Below, in pieces: positions 36,496-45,435 of a DNA stretch of 64,000 nt. Within the stretch, counting starts at the first letter, position 1; every line of letters starts with the position of its first letter. Location: the NCBI GenBank assembly GCA_044376115.1, contig JBILLK010000014.1:128001-192000 (forward strand), read 5' to 3'. A program made the translations under genes and the position numbers. The notes below the pieces were generated by a model. That model saw nothing but the letters and a program-made list of their open reading frames with translations. It did not search any database and was not told the DNA's origin. The stretch comes from Polyangiaceae bacterium. Its GTDB lineage: Bacteria > Myxococcota_A > Polyangia > Polyangiales > Polyangiaceae.

Positions 36496-37568
36496 AAGCG
36501 GCCCTTGGCCCTTTCATCGAGCGGGGAAGCCGGTATGGCTTCTATCAGCTCTTGTATCTATTGGAGCGCGTTCACAGTGACGCGCCAGCCATCGGTGGCC
36601 ACGGCCCGGCGGCGCTAGAACGGGTGCGCGTTCGGCCTAACGCATCGTTGAGCTTTCCGGCGAGCGACGTGCACTCCGTGAGTTCCATCCAAGGGGCCGA
36701 TGGCGTCGAGCGCACCCGCGTCACCACCACCTTCTTGAGCCTCTACGGGACCTCGTCGCCGCTCTTCTCACAGATCAGCGAGAACATCGCGATGGAGGAG
36801 TACCAAGGCCAAGCTCAACCGGTTCGCGATCTGATCGACGTGATTCATCACCGGATTCAGACGCTGCTGTATCGCACCTGGGCGAAGTACCGGCTCTACG
36901 TCAACTACCGCTCGAAGGGGGAAGACCCTTTCACCAAGCGGATGTTGTGCGCGGCTGGAATCGACGGCTTCGGTCCACACAGCCCACCGATCCACAAGTT
37001 TCTTTTTCTGCGTTACGCCCCCCTCTTGGCTTGGCGTGCCCGAAGCGCGCGTGGCCTCAACATGGCCCTGCACGAGATGTTCGGAAACATGGGCGTGAAG
37101 ATCGAGCAATTCGTCGGCGCGTGGACCCCAATCGAGAAGCCGTATCGAAACCGACTAGGCGAAGCCAACGCAAACTTGGGCCAATCCCTGACAATCGGTC
37201 GATACGTGTTCGACGCGTCCAGCCGCTACAAGATTGTGCTTGGTCCGCTTGGGTACGATGACTACCTGGCGTTCCTTCCGGGAGGCCACAAGCGGCCTCT
37301 CTTGCGTGGTATCTGCGCCGTCTTCACGCGTGGCATCTACGACGTCTTGCTCGAGCTCCACGTTAAACCAGACGCCGCTCCACGCTATCAGCTTGGCTCA
37401 CCGCGAGCCTCGACGCTCAAGCGAACGGCCTGGCTGGGTGGACCCAAGAAGCCCTTTGTGTTGACGGTTCCGCTGGATGATCCCAAACCGGAACCGGAGA
37501 ACGATGAAGAGACTGAGCGTGCTGAGCCCCCGCCCAACCCGTTCGAGGAAGTCGAAGCGCTCGGCTGA
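36459..37568 (+). CDS. tssG: T6SS baseplate subunit TssG
   Basis: YGFYQL, SLSFPASDV, FLSLYG.SSPL, D..HHR..LYR.W.KYR, YLAFLPGG; overlaps the end of tssF, as is typical. Confidence 0.95.
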   Translation: MGAEERAPLPDLKAALGPFIERGSRYGFYQLLYLLERVHSDAPAIGGHGPAALERVRVRPNASLSFPASDVHSVSSIQGADGVERTRVTTTFLSLYGTSSPLFSQISENIAMEEYQGQAQPVRDLIDVIHHRIQTLLYRTWAKYRLYVNYRSKGEDPFTKRMLCAAGIDGFGPHSPPIHKFLFLRYAPLLAWRARSARGLNMALHEMFGNMGVKIEQFVGAWTPIEKPYRNRLGEANANLGQSLTIGRYVFDASSRYKIVLGPLGYDDYLAFLPGGHKRPLLRGICAVFTRGIYDVLLELHVKPDAAPRYQLGSPRASTLKRTAWLGGPKKPFVLTVPLDDPKPEPENDEETERAEPPPNPFEEVEALG

Positions 37569-37610
37569 ACCTCTAGCCCAACCCGTTCGAGTAAGCGGAA
37601 GCGCTAGGCT
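37532..37610. repeat. Imperfect tandem duplication of the tssG 3' end (35 bp, period 44)
   Basis: GCCCAACCCGTTCGAGGAAGTCGAAGCGCTCGGCT (37532-37566) vs GCCCAACCCGTTCGAGTAAGCGGAAGCGCTAGGCT (37576-37610): 31/35 identical. Confidence 0.85.
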
Positions 37611-37619
37611 TGAGCGCGC

Positions 37620-38252
37620 TCAGTAGACGATCATGCTCGAGATCGCGGCGTTTACTTCATCGCCGATCGTCTCGATATCACCGCGGTGGACAACCTGAAC
37701 GAGCAACACCCGCTTGTCGGATCGGACGAGGATCTCTGTCGCGTACGACTTGAGGTTCTCCGGTTTCGACTTCACGGTGGACTCCACAATGTAGGACCGG
37801 CCCTGTGAGTTAGCTGTCCCAATGGGGTGCCGTGACGCGAGGAACTTACCGAGCAGGTCACGCGTCTCGCTCTCGTAGCGCTTCTCGACTTCGGACCACG
37901 GATCGGTCGGAGGGTCCACTCGCTCGAGAATCGAGAAAATGAACTGCCGCGGCGACTGATAGGAAATGAAGCGCTTTTCGGCTGTGTAGTCAGCGTCGCG
38001 AATCGACCAGTCAATCGGGCGGGCGAGCCGAACGTCGCCATCCAACACCCCAACCCCGACGAGACGAGGCACGGTGATGCTCTTTTCCTCGTCCATTTTC
38101 GGGAAGTACACCTCGTAGCTGCGGTTCTTGTCGATGACGCCACCGCCGTGCAGGTAGAAGACCTCGTCTTCCTTCGGGGCTGTCGGGGCGCCGCCGCACG
38201 CGGCGAGTGCAAAGCTCAATGACGCGAGCGCGCAAAGTCGATGGGTAACCAC
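37620..38252 (-). CDS. Hypothetical lipoprotein, possibly PsbP/Mog1/DcrB-like fold
   Basis: Lipobox ALAA-C; VRLARPIDW and a C-terminal strand-helix-strand pattern reminiscent of PsbP-like proteins. Start GTG 38252 inferred. Confidence 0.7.
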   Translation of the reverse strand: MVTHRLCALASLSFALAACGGAPTAPKEDEVFYLHGGGVIDKNRSYEVYFPKMDEEKSITVPRLVGVGVLDGDVRLARPIDWSIRDADYTAEKRFISYQSPRQFIFSILERVDPPTDPWSEVEKRYESETRDLLGKFLASRHPIGTANSQGRSYIVESTVKSKPENLKSYATEILVRSDKRVLLVQVVHRGDIETIGDEVNAAISSMIVY

Positions 38253-38383
38253 GCCCCCACGATATGCGAGGGCGAGGGGCAAAGCCAAGTTGGCTGCGTG
38301 CACCAGGCCAAGCGCCACCCTTCGGAGGCTAGACGTCACGCGGAGTTTGCCCCAGGGGGGTGCAATGAAATATCGTCAGCACC

Positions 38384-38995
38384 ATGTCCGGTGTTTGGGA
38401 TTTTCGTGCGCGCTGCGCAGCGTTGGCTGGTCTCCTACTCTCGGTAGGGTGTCAGCCAGGGCTCACCTCTGGAATCGACTATCCAGACGTGTCCGACGTC
38501 GAGTTGGACGACTACTTGCTCACGCCTGAGGGAGCGCAGGAGCCTTCTGTTTCCCTTACCCACTTCAAGTTCTCCAAGAAGAGCTGTGAGGGCATCGACA
38601 CCAGGATGGCCCTGGCAGATCTCGACCAGGAAGACCTGACGCGGTTCTTCGCGTCACGCGGGCTTAACCTCAAACCTAGGAAGGCGCGCGGAGATCTCTA
38701 CTGGTACGAAATCACCAGCCAGGAGGAGGGTGAGGAGCCGGAAGTCTTGCGTCTCCGTTTGGCCGTCCTCAAGGATCGATTCGCGGCGGCGAAGGACCTT
38801 CATGATTCGCTGCTGCAGCACGGCCCGGGTTGGTGGGGACTGCGACGCGGGAACCTCGCCCTGTTGGCACCCAAGTCCGACCTGGGCAACGCCGTCCGCT
38901 TTGCGGTGAAGTACAAGCTGCAGTGTTGGGGCTCGTTCACCTACGCTGGGGTTGACGACGCGTACGTTGTTGCTGGCGGATACACCGAGTTTTGA
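38384..38995 (+). CDS. Hypothetical lipoprotein
   Basis: LAGLLLSVG-C lipobox; protein-like composition; TATCGT 7 nt before the ATG. Confidence 0.75.
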   Translation: MSGVWDFRARCAALAGLLLSVGCQPGLTSGIDYPDVSDVELDDYLLTPEGAQEPSVSLTHFKFSKKSCEGIDTRMALADLDQEDLTRFFASRGLNLKPRKARGDLYWYEITSQEEGEEPEVLRLRLAVLKDRFAAAKDLHDSLLQHGPGWWGLRRGNLALLAPKSDLGNAVRFAVKYKLQCWGSFTYAGVDDAYVVAGGYTEF

Positions 38996-40005
38996 GCTTC
39001 GGAGATCGTTCGATGAAATCCCTACCGAGGTCAGCAATGCAAAACCGCGCAGGACGTACTCCACGTGAAGAGTCCGCGCCAATCACTCAAAACCGCAGCG
39101 CGCGGTTGGTGATGCGTGTCCTGCTGGCGACATCCAGCCTCTTGCCGATCGCGATTGTGTCGGCCGGTGGCTGCGACTCGCCGACGCAGTTCGACGATTT
39201 TTGCGGCTGGATTCGCGACGAGGAGAATTGCTACCGCGAGTTCTTCATCGACGTCGAGACCAAGTGTGGAGCAACGCCTACGACCCAAGCGGGGCAGTTC
39301 CTGACTCGCGAGAAGTTGGATCTGTGTGTCCTCACGGGCGGCGGGCAAGTGCTATTCGATCCGCCGATTGATCTAGCCAGTCCCCCCCCCGACAACCTCG
39401 CGCCGATCAAGGTCAAGATGATCAACGCCGACGCGACCAAGTGCGGCGAAATCGAGTTCCGCGCTAAGTACGACTTTTCAATTACGATCGAGGGAGACCC
39501 AATACCTGCGGGCACCGACCCAGCCGATCTCGGCGATGAGTTCATTGTCGGTGGGACCTTCAACATATCGGGCGGTAAAGACTCCGATACGCTCGCCGTG
39601 ACTTGCCCAACGCTGGGAATTTCTGCGAGCTCCTTCAACTTCAATCGGCTTCAGCTCGCCGACTGCCCAGGCGTCCAAGCGATCGCGCCGCAGGCGGAGC
39701 TGCAGTTCAATTCTGGTGGCGTGGAGACGGCCGGAGTCGTACGGCTCTTCATCTATTACCCGCCCATTGAAGGAGAGCTCGAGGACGCGAGTCCTGTTCC
39801 CATCAACTACTACGAATGCATCATCCCCGCTGCTCCGCCCTTCTGTGAAAACGGGATTCAGGATGGCGCAGAAACCGACGTCGACTGCGGTGGCAGCTTC
39901 TGCGCGAAGCGGTGTGAGGACTCGCAGGCGTGCATCGGCAACGACGATTGTCTGAGCAAGGTTTGCTCGCTTCAGGAAGGCCTGAAGAAGTGCGCTGGGC
40001 CCTGA
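38992..40005 (+). CDS. Cys-rich secreted/lipoprotein with myxobacterial C-x-(D/N)G..ETDVDCGG repeat at the C-terminus
   Basis: Hydrophobic segment ending SAGG-C; C-terminal CENGIQDGAETDVDCGGSFCAKRC...C...C...C. True start probably near 39109-39112. Confidence 0.75.
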   Translation: MSFGDRSMKSLPRSAMQNRAGRTPREESAPITQNRSARLVMRVLLATSSLLPIAIVSAGGCDSPTQFDDFCGWIRDEENCYREFFIDVETKCGATPTTQAGQFLTREKLDLCVLTGGGQVLFDPPIDLASPPPDNLAPIKVKMINADATKCGEIEFRAKYDFSITIEGDPIPAGTDPADLGDEFIVGGTFNISGGKDSDTLAVTCPTLGISASSFNFNRLQLADCPGVQAIAPQAELQFNSGGVETAGVVRLFIYYPPIEGELEDASPVPINYYECIIPAAPPFCENGIQDGAETDVDCGGSFCAKRCEDSQACIGNDDCLSKVCSLQEGLKKCAGP

Positions 40006-40040
40006 CGACTGGGTAGCGACGCCAACCGAAGGTTCGAGAG

Positions 40041-40066
40041 AGAGCCGGCCCCGGGAGCCGGCTTTT
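40041..40066 (+). terminator. Probable intrinsic terminator between convergent genes
   Basis: AGCCGGC (40043-40049) / GCCGGCT (40057-40063) followed by TTT. Confidence 0.55.
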
Positions 40067-41215
40067 CTATGAGACCAACAGCTTCACAACGAGGGTGGTG
40101 CTGCCCAAACGCAGCCGGTCGTTGTCGTGCAGCTGCCGCTGCTCGCCCGAACCAAGCTTTTGTTCGTTCAAGAACGTGCCGTTTCTTGAGCCGTCGTCCT
40201 GAACGTAGGCCTGCCCGGTGGCAGGGTCAGCGTTGATCGACGCGTGACGTGAAGACGAACTTGCGTCGTTTATACCAATGTCGACGCGGTCTGAACCCGC
40301 ACGCCCAAGCTGTGTCCGCCCAGAACGAATGGACCAAAAGATCCCATTGGGCTCGTTCTGAAAGGTCACTAGAAAGCCGACAAGAATGCCCGAGCCGGTG
40401 GAGGGAGCCATCGGGGCTCGCGCTGGGCCGGAAAGCGCACCAGGACCCTCTTGAAGCGCCGCAGGAGGAACGGGCGGCGGCGGTGCAACAACGGGCGGTG
40501 GCGGACCAAACCCTGGCCCCTGAGCGACCATTGGCGGCGCCGGGGAAGCGAGGCCGGCGCCACCGACGAAGCCAACGATCGGTGGGGGCGCAACAGGTCC
40601 ACCCCCACTCATCGGCGGAGGCCCTTGCAGCTGCGGCGCGAGCATCTGACCCGACACGTTGGGTGGAGGGGCGAACGCAGGCGCTTGCGGGTAGCCTCCC
40701 TGTTGAGGATAGCCCGGAGGCTGCTGCGCAAAGCCAGGAGGTGCTTGCGGGTAGCCTTGCGGAACCGGTGGCATGCCGGGTGGAGCACCGAAGCCCACGA
40801 CAGCCGGCGGCCCGGCTAACCCGACCGGCGCCATCGGAGCCTGCGGCATCGGAGCCTGCGGCATCGGAGGTGCCGCTTGTTGCTGGCTTGGCGCTGGCGG
40901 CGGTGCCCGCCCAACGGGCGCCATCGCCGCCCAGGGCGAAAGCGGGATCTCTCCGCCAGCTCCGCCCGCCGAAAAAGCAACGGGTGCTCCGCCAAAGCCA
41001 CCCCCTCCGGGTGGGGCTGGATACCCACCACCAGCGGGTTGCGCGTACGCTCCAGCGGCCGGACCGGGAACGGGAGGCGGGGCAAAGGCAGCAGGCGGTG
41101 GTGGTGGAGCGGGCGCAGCCGGCCCAGGGGCAGCGCCAGGCATCGCATTGCCGCACATGTTGCAAGACGGATCCGTGTCTTGCAGCATCCATCCGCAACT
41201 AGGGCAGGGCCTCAT
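40067..41215 (-). CDS. Zinc-ribbon / Pro-rich linker / FHA domain protein
   Basis: N-terminal CPSCG..CNMCG; long Pro/Gly/Ala linker; C-terminal FHA QLGR..SSRHA..GSRNGTFLN..LRLGST. Start trimmed to ATG 41215. Confidence 0.88.
   Translation of the reverse strand: MRPCPSCGWMLQDTDPSCNMCGNAMPGAAPGPAAPAPPPPPAAFAPPPVPGPAAGAYAQPAGGGYPAPPGGGGFGGAPVAFSAGGAGGEIPLSPWAAMAPVGRAPPPAPSQQQAAPPMPQAPMPQAPMAPVGLAGPPAVVGFGAPPGMPPVPQGYPQAPPGFAQQPPGYPQQGGYPQAPAFAPPPNVSGQMLAPQLQGPPPMSGGGPVAPPPIVGFVGGAGLASPAPPMVAQGPGFGPPPPVVAPPPPVPPAALQEGPGALSGPARAPMAPSTGSGILVGFLVTFQNEPNGIFWSIRSGRTQLGRAGSDRVDIGINDASSSSRHASINADPATGQAYVQDDGSRNGTFLNEQKLGSGEQRQLHDNDRLRLGSTTLVVKLLVS
40832..40869. repeat. 15-bp coding tandem repeat (about 2.5 copies) encoding PMPQA units
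   Basis: CATCGGAGCCTGCGG at 40832-40846 and 40847-40861, partial third copy to 40869. Confidence 0.8.
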
Positions 41216-41303
41216 CGAGGACTTCCGAGGGTATCGGGACTGGGGTTGAGGAAGCAAGTTGGATTGTGCGGTTCAACATGAGCCGCACAATCCTCCAGCA
41301 GAC

Positions 41304-43733
41304 CTAGTTGGACGACTCGGCGGGCTTTACCTCGGCGGGCTTTTCCTCGACGACCATCGGGATGGGCATCGACTCAAGCGCTGCCTCAAGAACCTGCTCC
41401 ATACGGCTGCAGAAGACGAACTGAAGATCGTCCACCACTTCCTTCGGAACCTCCTCGAGATCCGGCCGGTTGCGCTCGGGAAGGAGGATGCGCTTGATAC
41501 CGGCGCGATGGGCAGCAAGTACCTTCTCCTTCACGCCGCCAATCGGCAACACGCGACCGCGAAGGGTGATCTCTCCGGTCATAGCAACGTCGTGGCGAAC
41601 CTTGATACCGGTGAGCAGCGATACGAGGGCGGTGAACATCGTCACGCCGGCAGAAGGTCCATCCTTCGGCATTGCGCCAGCGGGAATGTGGATGTGCAGA
41701 TCGCTCTTCTCGAGGAAGTCCTTCGGAATGCCATAGCGTTCTGCGTTGGTCCGGACGAACGAGAGCGCGGCCTGCGCTGACTCCTTCATCACGTCTCCGA
41801 GTTGGCCGGTGAGCTGAAGCTTGCCGGTGCCATACATGCGCGTGGCCTCGATGAAGAGGATCTCTCCACCGACGCTCGTCCATGCGAGACCCGTCGCGAC
41901 GCCGGTCTCAGCGGTACGCTCTGCAACTTCGCTGGTGTATTTCGCCGCGCCGAGGAACTCGTGAAGGTCGTCCTCGTTGTCGACGCGACGCTTCTTCGAG
42001 TCGCCCTCGGCAACGCGCACCGCGACTCCGCGGATTACCGCGGCGACCTGACGCTCGAGCGATCGAACACCGGCCTCGCGGGTGTAGTGGTCAGCAATGT
42101 TCTCGAGGGCCTGGTCGGTGATCTCGACGTACTCCTCGGTTAGCCCGTGCTCCGAAAGCTGCTTGGGCAGCAGATGTCGGCGTGCGATCGCCAGCTTCTC
42201 ACGGCGGGTGTACCCGGGGATCTCCAAAATCTCCATGCGGTCACGGAGCGGAGGAGGAATCGGGTCAGCAACGTTCGCCGTCGCGATGAACATCACGTTC
42301 GAGAGGTCGAACGGGATCTCGAGGTAGTGGTCAGCGAACGTGTTGTTCTGCTCCGGATCGAGAACCTCGAGCAGCGCGGCAGAAGGGTCTCCGCGGAAGT
42401 CATGACCAATCTTGTCGATTTCATCGAGCATGAACACCGGGTTGGTGGTGCTCGACTTCTTCATGCCTTGAATGATCTGACCGGGTAGCGCTCCGACGTA
42501 GGTTCGACGGTGACCGCGAATGGCGGCCTCGTCATGAACACCACCCAAGGAGATGCGGTGGAACTTACGTCCTAGGGCGCGGGCGATGCTGCGACCTAGC
42601 GACGTCTTACCAACACCCGGCGGGCCGAGCAGACAGAGGATGGGGCCCTTCTTGTCTTGCTTCAGCTTGCGAACAGCGAGGTACTCAAGGATGCGCTTCT
42701 TGACCTTCTCGAGACCGTAGTGGTCCTCATCCAGAACTTCGCGAACCTTCGCGATCTCGAGGTTGTCCGGGGTGGTGTTGGTCCACGGCAAGTCGAGAAT
42801 CCAATCCAGGTAGGTCCGAACCACCGTGTACTCGGCTGAACCGACCTGCATCGTCCGCAAGCGCTTGAGCTGCTTCTTCGCAACCGTCTCGGCTTCATTC
42901 GGCAGGTTGGCCTTCGCGATTCGGTCCTCGAGCCCATCGAGATCACCCTGATCGCCGTCGTCTTCACCGAGCTCTTCTTTGATCGCCTTGAGCTGCTGAC
43001 GGAGAACGTACTCTCGCTGGTTCTTCCCCATCTCTTCTTTGATTTGGGAGTTGATGCGCTCACGCATCTTGAGCACCTCGAGCTGACGTGTGAGCAGCCG
43101 CAACACCTTGCGGACGCGGTCCTTCACGTCGATCGTCTCGACGAGCTGGGCCTTTTCCTCGACGGGTGCGTCAAGGTTGGCAGCGACCAGATCGGCGAGT
43201 GCGCCTGGTGCCTGGATGCTGTCCATAAGCGAACCAGCTTCGCGCGGCAGCTCCGGCATGAGCTGGATCACCTGCTTGGCGATATCCCGAAGGCTCATCG
43301 CCAAAGCCTCGGCCTCGACGTCTTCCGTCTGAGGCTCTTCGAGTTTGCGAATGCGCGCCTTCATGTACGGCGCCTGCTGCAGAACCGTATCCAGGCGAAT
43401 ACGCACCAAACCTTGAAGGATCAGCGAGTAGTTGCCTGAGCTGTGCTTGAGGGCCTTGAGCACGCGGGCTGCACAGCCGACGTGGTAGAGGTCCTCGTAG
43501 CCAGGGTCGTCCGTCGAGGGATCGCGCTGGGCAAAGATTGCGATTACGGGCTGGCTTAGGTTGTCAACGTCTTCGACCAGGGCCACCGACTTCTCGCGGC
43601 CTACATCGAAAGGAGCAACAGCGCCTGGGAAAAGCACGGCGTTGCGGATCGGAAGGACGGGTAGCTCGTCCCCGAAAACAACTTCTTCGTCTGAACGCGG
43701 GGGCACCGGGGGAGGGTTCTTCTTGTCGGACAT
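41304..43733 (-). CDS. lon: ATP-dependent Lon protease
   Basis: LPVLPIRNAVLFPG, DHYGLEKVKKRILEYLAV, GPPGVGKTS, RGHRRTYVGALPG, PKDGPSAG (catalytic Ser), GGVKEK; SD GAGGA before ATG 43733. Confidence 0.97.
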   Translation of the reverse strand: MSDKKNPPPVPPRSDEEVVFGDELPVLPIRNAVLFPGAVAPFDVGREKSVALVEDVDNLSQPVIAIFAQRDPSTDDPGYEDLYHVGCAARVLKALKHSSGNYSLILQGLVRIRLDTVLQQAPYMKARIRKLEEPQTEDVEAEALAMSLRDIAKQVIQLMPELPREAGSLMDSIQAPGALADLVAANLDAPVEEKAQLVETIDVKDRVRKVLRLLTRQLEVLKMRERINSQIKEEMGKNQREYVLRQQLKAIKEELGEDDGDQGDLDGLEDRIAKANLPNEAETVAKKQLKRLRTMQVGSAEYTVVRTYLDWILDLPWTNTTPDNLEIAKVREVLDEDHYGLEKVKKRILEYLAVRKLKQDKKGPILCLLGPPGVGKTSLGRSIARALGRKFHRISLGGVHDEAAIRGHRRTYVGALPGQIIQGMKKSSTTNPVFMLDEIDKIGHDFRGDPSAALLEVLDPEQNNTFADHYLEIPFDLSNVMFIATANVADPIPPPLRDRMEILEIPGYTRREKLAIARRHLLPKQLSEHGLTEEYVEITDQALENIADHYTREAGVRSLERQVAAVIRGVAVRVAEGDSKKRRVDNEDDLHEFLGAAKYTSEVAERTAETGVATGLAWTSVGGEILFIEATRMYGTGKLQLTGQLGDVMKESAQAALSFVRTNAERYGIPKDFLEKSDLHIHIPAGAMPKDGPSAGVTMFTALVSLLTGIKVRHDVAMTGEITLRGRVLPIGGVKEKVLAAHRAGIKRILLPERNRPDLEEVPKEVVDDLQFVFCSRMEQVLEAALESMPIPMVVEEKPAEVKPAESSN

Positions 43734-43882
43734 GGTTTCCTCGGAGGAGGGAGCGACCCGTGTGGGCGTCGAACCCGAATATTCGGACGTTAGGCCCCCT
43801 TTTGTCCCCGTCAAATCCTTTTCGCGTCGAAAAGTGTTGTGGAGTTTCGCCCGGAAGGGGGGTGTGCGTGTAGGATTCGCGC

Positions 43883-45433
43883 ATGCTGCACTCCGCCCTG
43901 CCTCCGGCGGAAGAACTCAAACTCGTTCCGCTAGCGGATATTGCGCGGGGCGGGATGGGCATCGTACAGCTTTGTCGTGTGGCTGGGGGTCGGCTCGGTG
44001 GACGAGCTCTCGCAGTCAAACGGCTCAATCCCGCGATTGAACAAGAGCCAGAGTTCGTGAACATGTTCCTGGACGAGACGTGGATCACTTCCACGATCGC
44101 CAGCCCCCACGTCGTACGCGTTGAAGCCTGGGGACGAGATGACGCCGGCATGTTCTTGGCGGTTGAGCTGGTTCAAGGTGTCAGCTTGTCGCGGCTGATG
44201 AAGGAGTCGAAGGAAAAGAAAGAGCCCTTCGCCGAACGAACCGTCGCCAACATCACCTCGCAAATCTGCGCTGGGCTAACGGCTGCGCACGAGCTTCGCG
44301 GCGAAAACGGGAGCCCGCTCGGGCTCGTGCATCGCGATCTCACGCCGGGCAACGTTCTGTGCGGCTTCGACGGGATGGTGAAGATCGCTGACTTTGGGAT
44401 CGCCAAAGCCGAAGAGCGGCTCACCAGCACCCGCATCGGCATGATGAAGGGCAAGCCGGCGTACATGGCGCCGGAACAAGCACGCGGAGGGACGATCGAC
44501 GCACGAGCGGATCTATTCGCGCTTGGCGTGGTGATGTTCGAGCTCCTGACTGACCGTCGGCCGTGGTCTGGTGTCAACGACCTCGAGATGTTGGTGGCGG
44601 TGGCCACCAAGGACCCGCCGGACCTGCGGGAGATCCGCCGAACGAGTCCCATCTTCGTCGAGATCGTCGAACGCTGCTTGCGCAAGAATCCCGATGAACG
44701 ATTCAACTCCGCCCGCGAGATCGGGCAGCTGTTGATGCAATGGCGAAACGAACGCGGCTTCGGGGAGGACGACCAAGCGTCCCTCTCTGCGTTCGTGCAA
44801 CGCAACACACCGCAACAGATGGCTTGGTTCGGCCAGGCGCTCTCTGGCGAGCTATCCAAAGGCGGAGTGACGTTCATGGACCTCGAGGCCAAGATCGACC
44901 AGCGTCGCAAAGCAGCACCGACGGTGCAGCCGAGAGAGCTCTCCGCGCCGCGACTCCCCGAATTGTCTGCGGCAGCCCGCGGCGGAGAACTCGAGGAGAT
45001 CGACGACAACGCACAGACCAAGTTCATGCCGCAAAAAGACGCCTCGCCGATGTCTCCCTCCTCTCCCACCGCGCTCAATGGAACGTTGGCCATGCACGAC
45101 GGGGATGCCGCCCGGGCGTTTGCTGCTGGTCGAGCCGCTGCAGAACAACGAATGGCAGCGAACAACCCAGCCGCACAACCAGCAACGGGCCTTCCAGCAA
45201 CGGGCATCGGCAGCGGGCACTTCCTCGCTGCAACCGAACAAATGGAAGTGCCGGCGAGCTACCAACTCAGCGCTGGCTACCCTCCGCCCCCCTTGCCTGC
45301 CCCGAGGGCGCCACAACCACCAGCGCAACCACAGAGTGGCCTGCGCACGGTGTTGCTTTCGATCATCGTGGCGCTGATCTTGGCGGCGGTCAGCTTCGGC
45401 GTCGTCTACTTCTTCTTGTCGCCTCCCACGTGA
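43883..45433 (+). CDS. Hanks-type Ser/Thr protein kinase with C-terminal membrane anchor
   Basis: IARGGMG, AVKRL, HRDLTPGN, KIADFG, YMAPE, DLFALG; a single TM helix 4-5 residues from the C-terminus. Confidence 0.95.
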   Translation: MLHSALPPAEELKLVPLADIARGGMGIVQLCRVAGGRLGGRALAVKRLNPAIEQEPEFVNMFLDETWITSTIASPHVVRVEAWGRDDAGMFLAVELVQGVSLSRLMKESKEKKEPFAERTVANITSQICAGLTAAHELRGENGSPLGLVHRDLTPGNVLCGFDGMVKIADFGIAKAEERLTSTRIGMMKGKPAYMAPEQARGGTIDARADLFALGVVMFELLTDRRPWSGVNDLEMLVAVATKDPPDLREIRRTSPIFVEIVERCLRKNPDERFNSAREIGQLLMQWRNERGFGEDDQASLSAFVQRNTPQQMAWFGQALSGELSKGGVTFMDLEAKIDQRRKAAPTVQPRELSAPRLPELSAAARGGELEEIDDNAQTKFMPQKDASPMSPSSPTALNGTLAMHDGDAARAFAAGRAAAEQRMAANNPAAQPATGLPATGIGSGHFLAATEQMEVPASYQLSAGYPPPPLPAPRAPQPPAQPQSGLRTVLLSIIVALILAAVSFGVVYFFLSPPT

Positions 45434-45435
45434 GC

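Noticed and set aside
40227..41281. Several long overlapping ORFs in alternative frames
   Set aside because: By-products of the GC-rich low-complexity Pro/Gly linker of the FHA gene.
44740..45435. N-terminal 230 aa of the 502-aa ORF (similarly the extensions of 48300-49190, 51810-53429 and 52856-54157)
   Set aside because: Out-of-frame or antisense overlap with neighbouring real genes; not true fusions.
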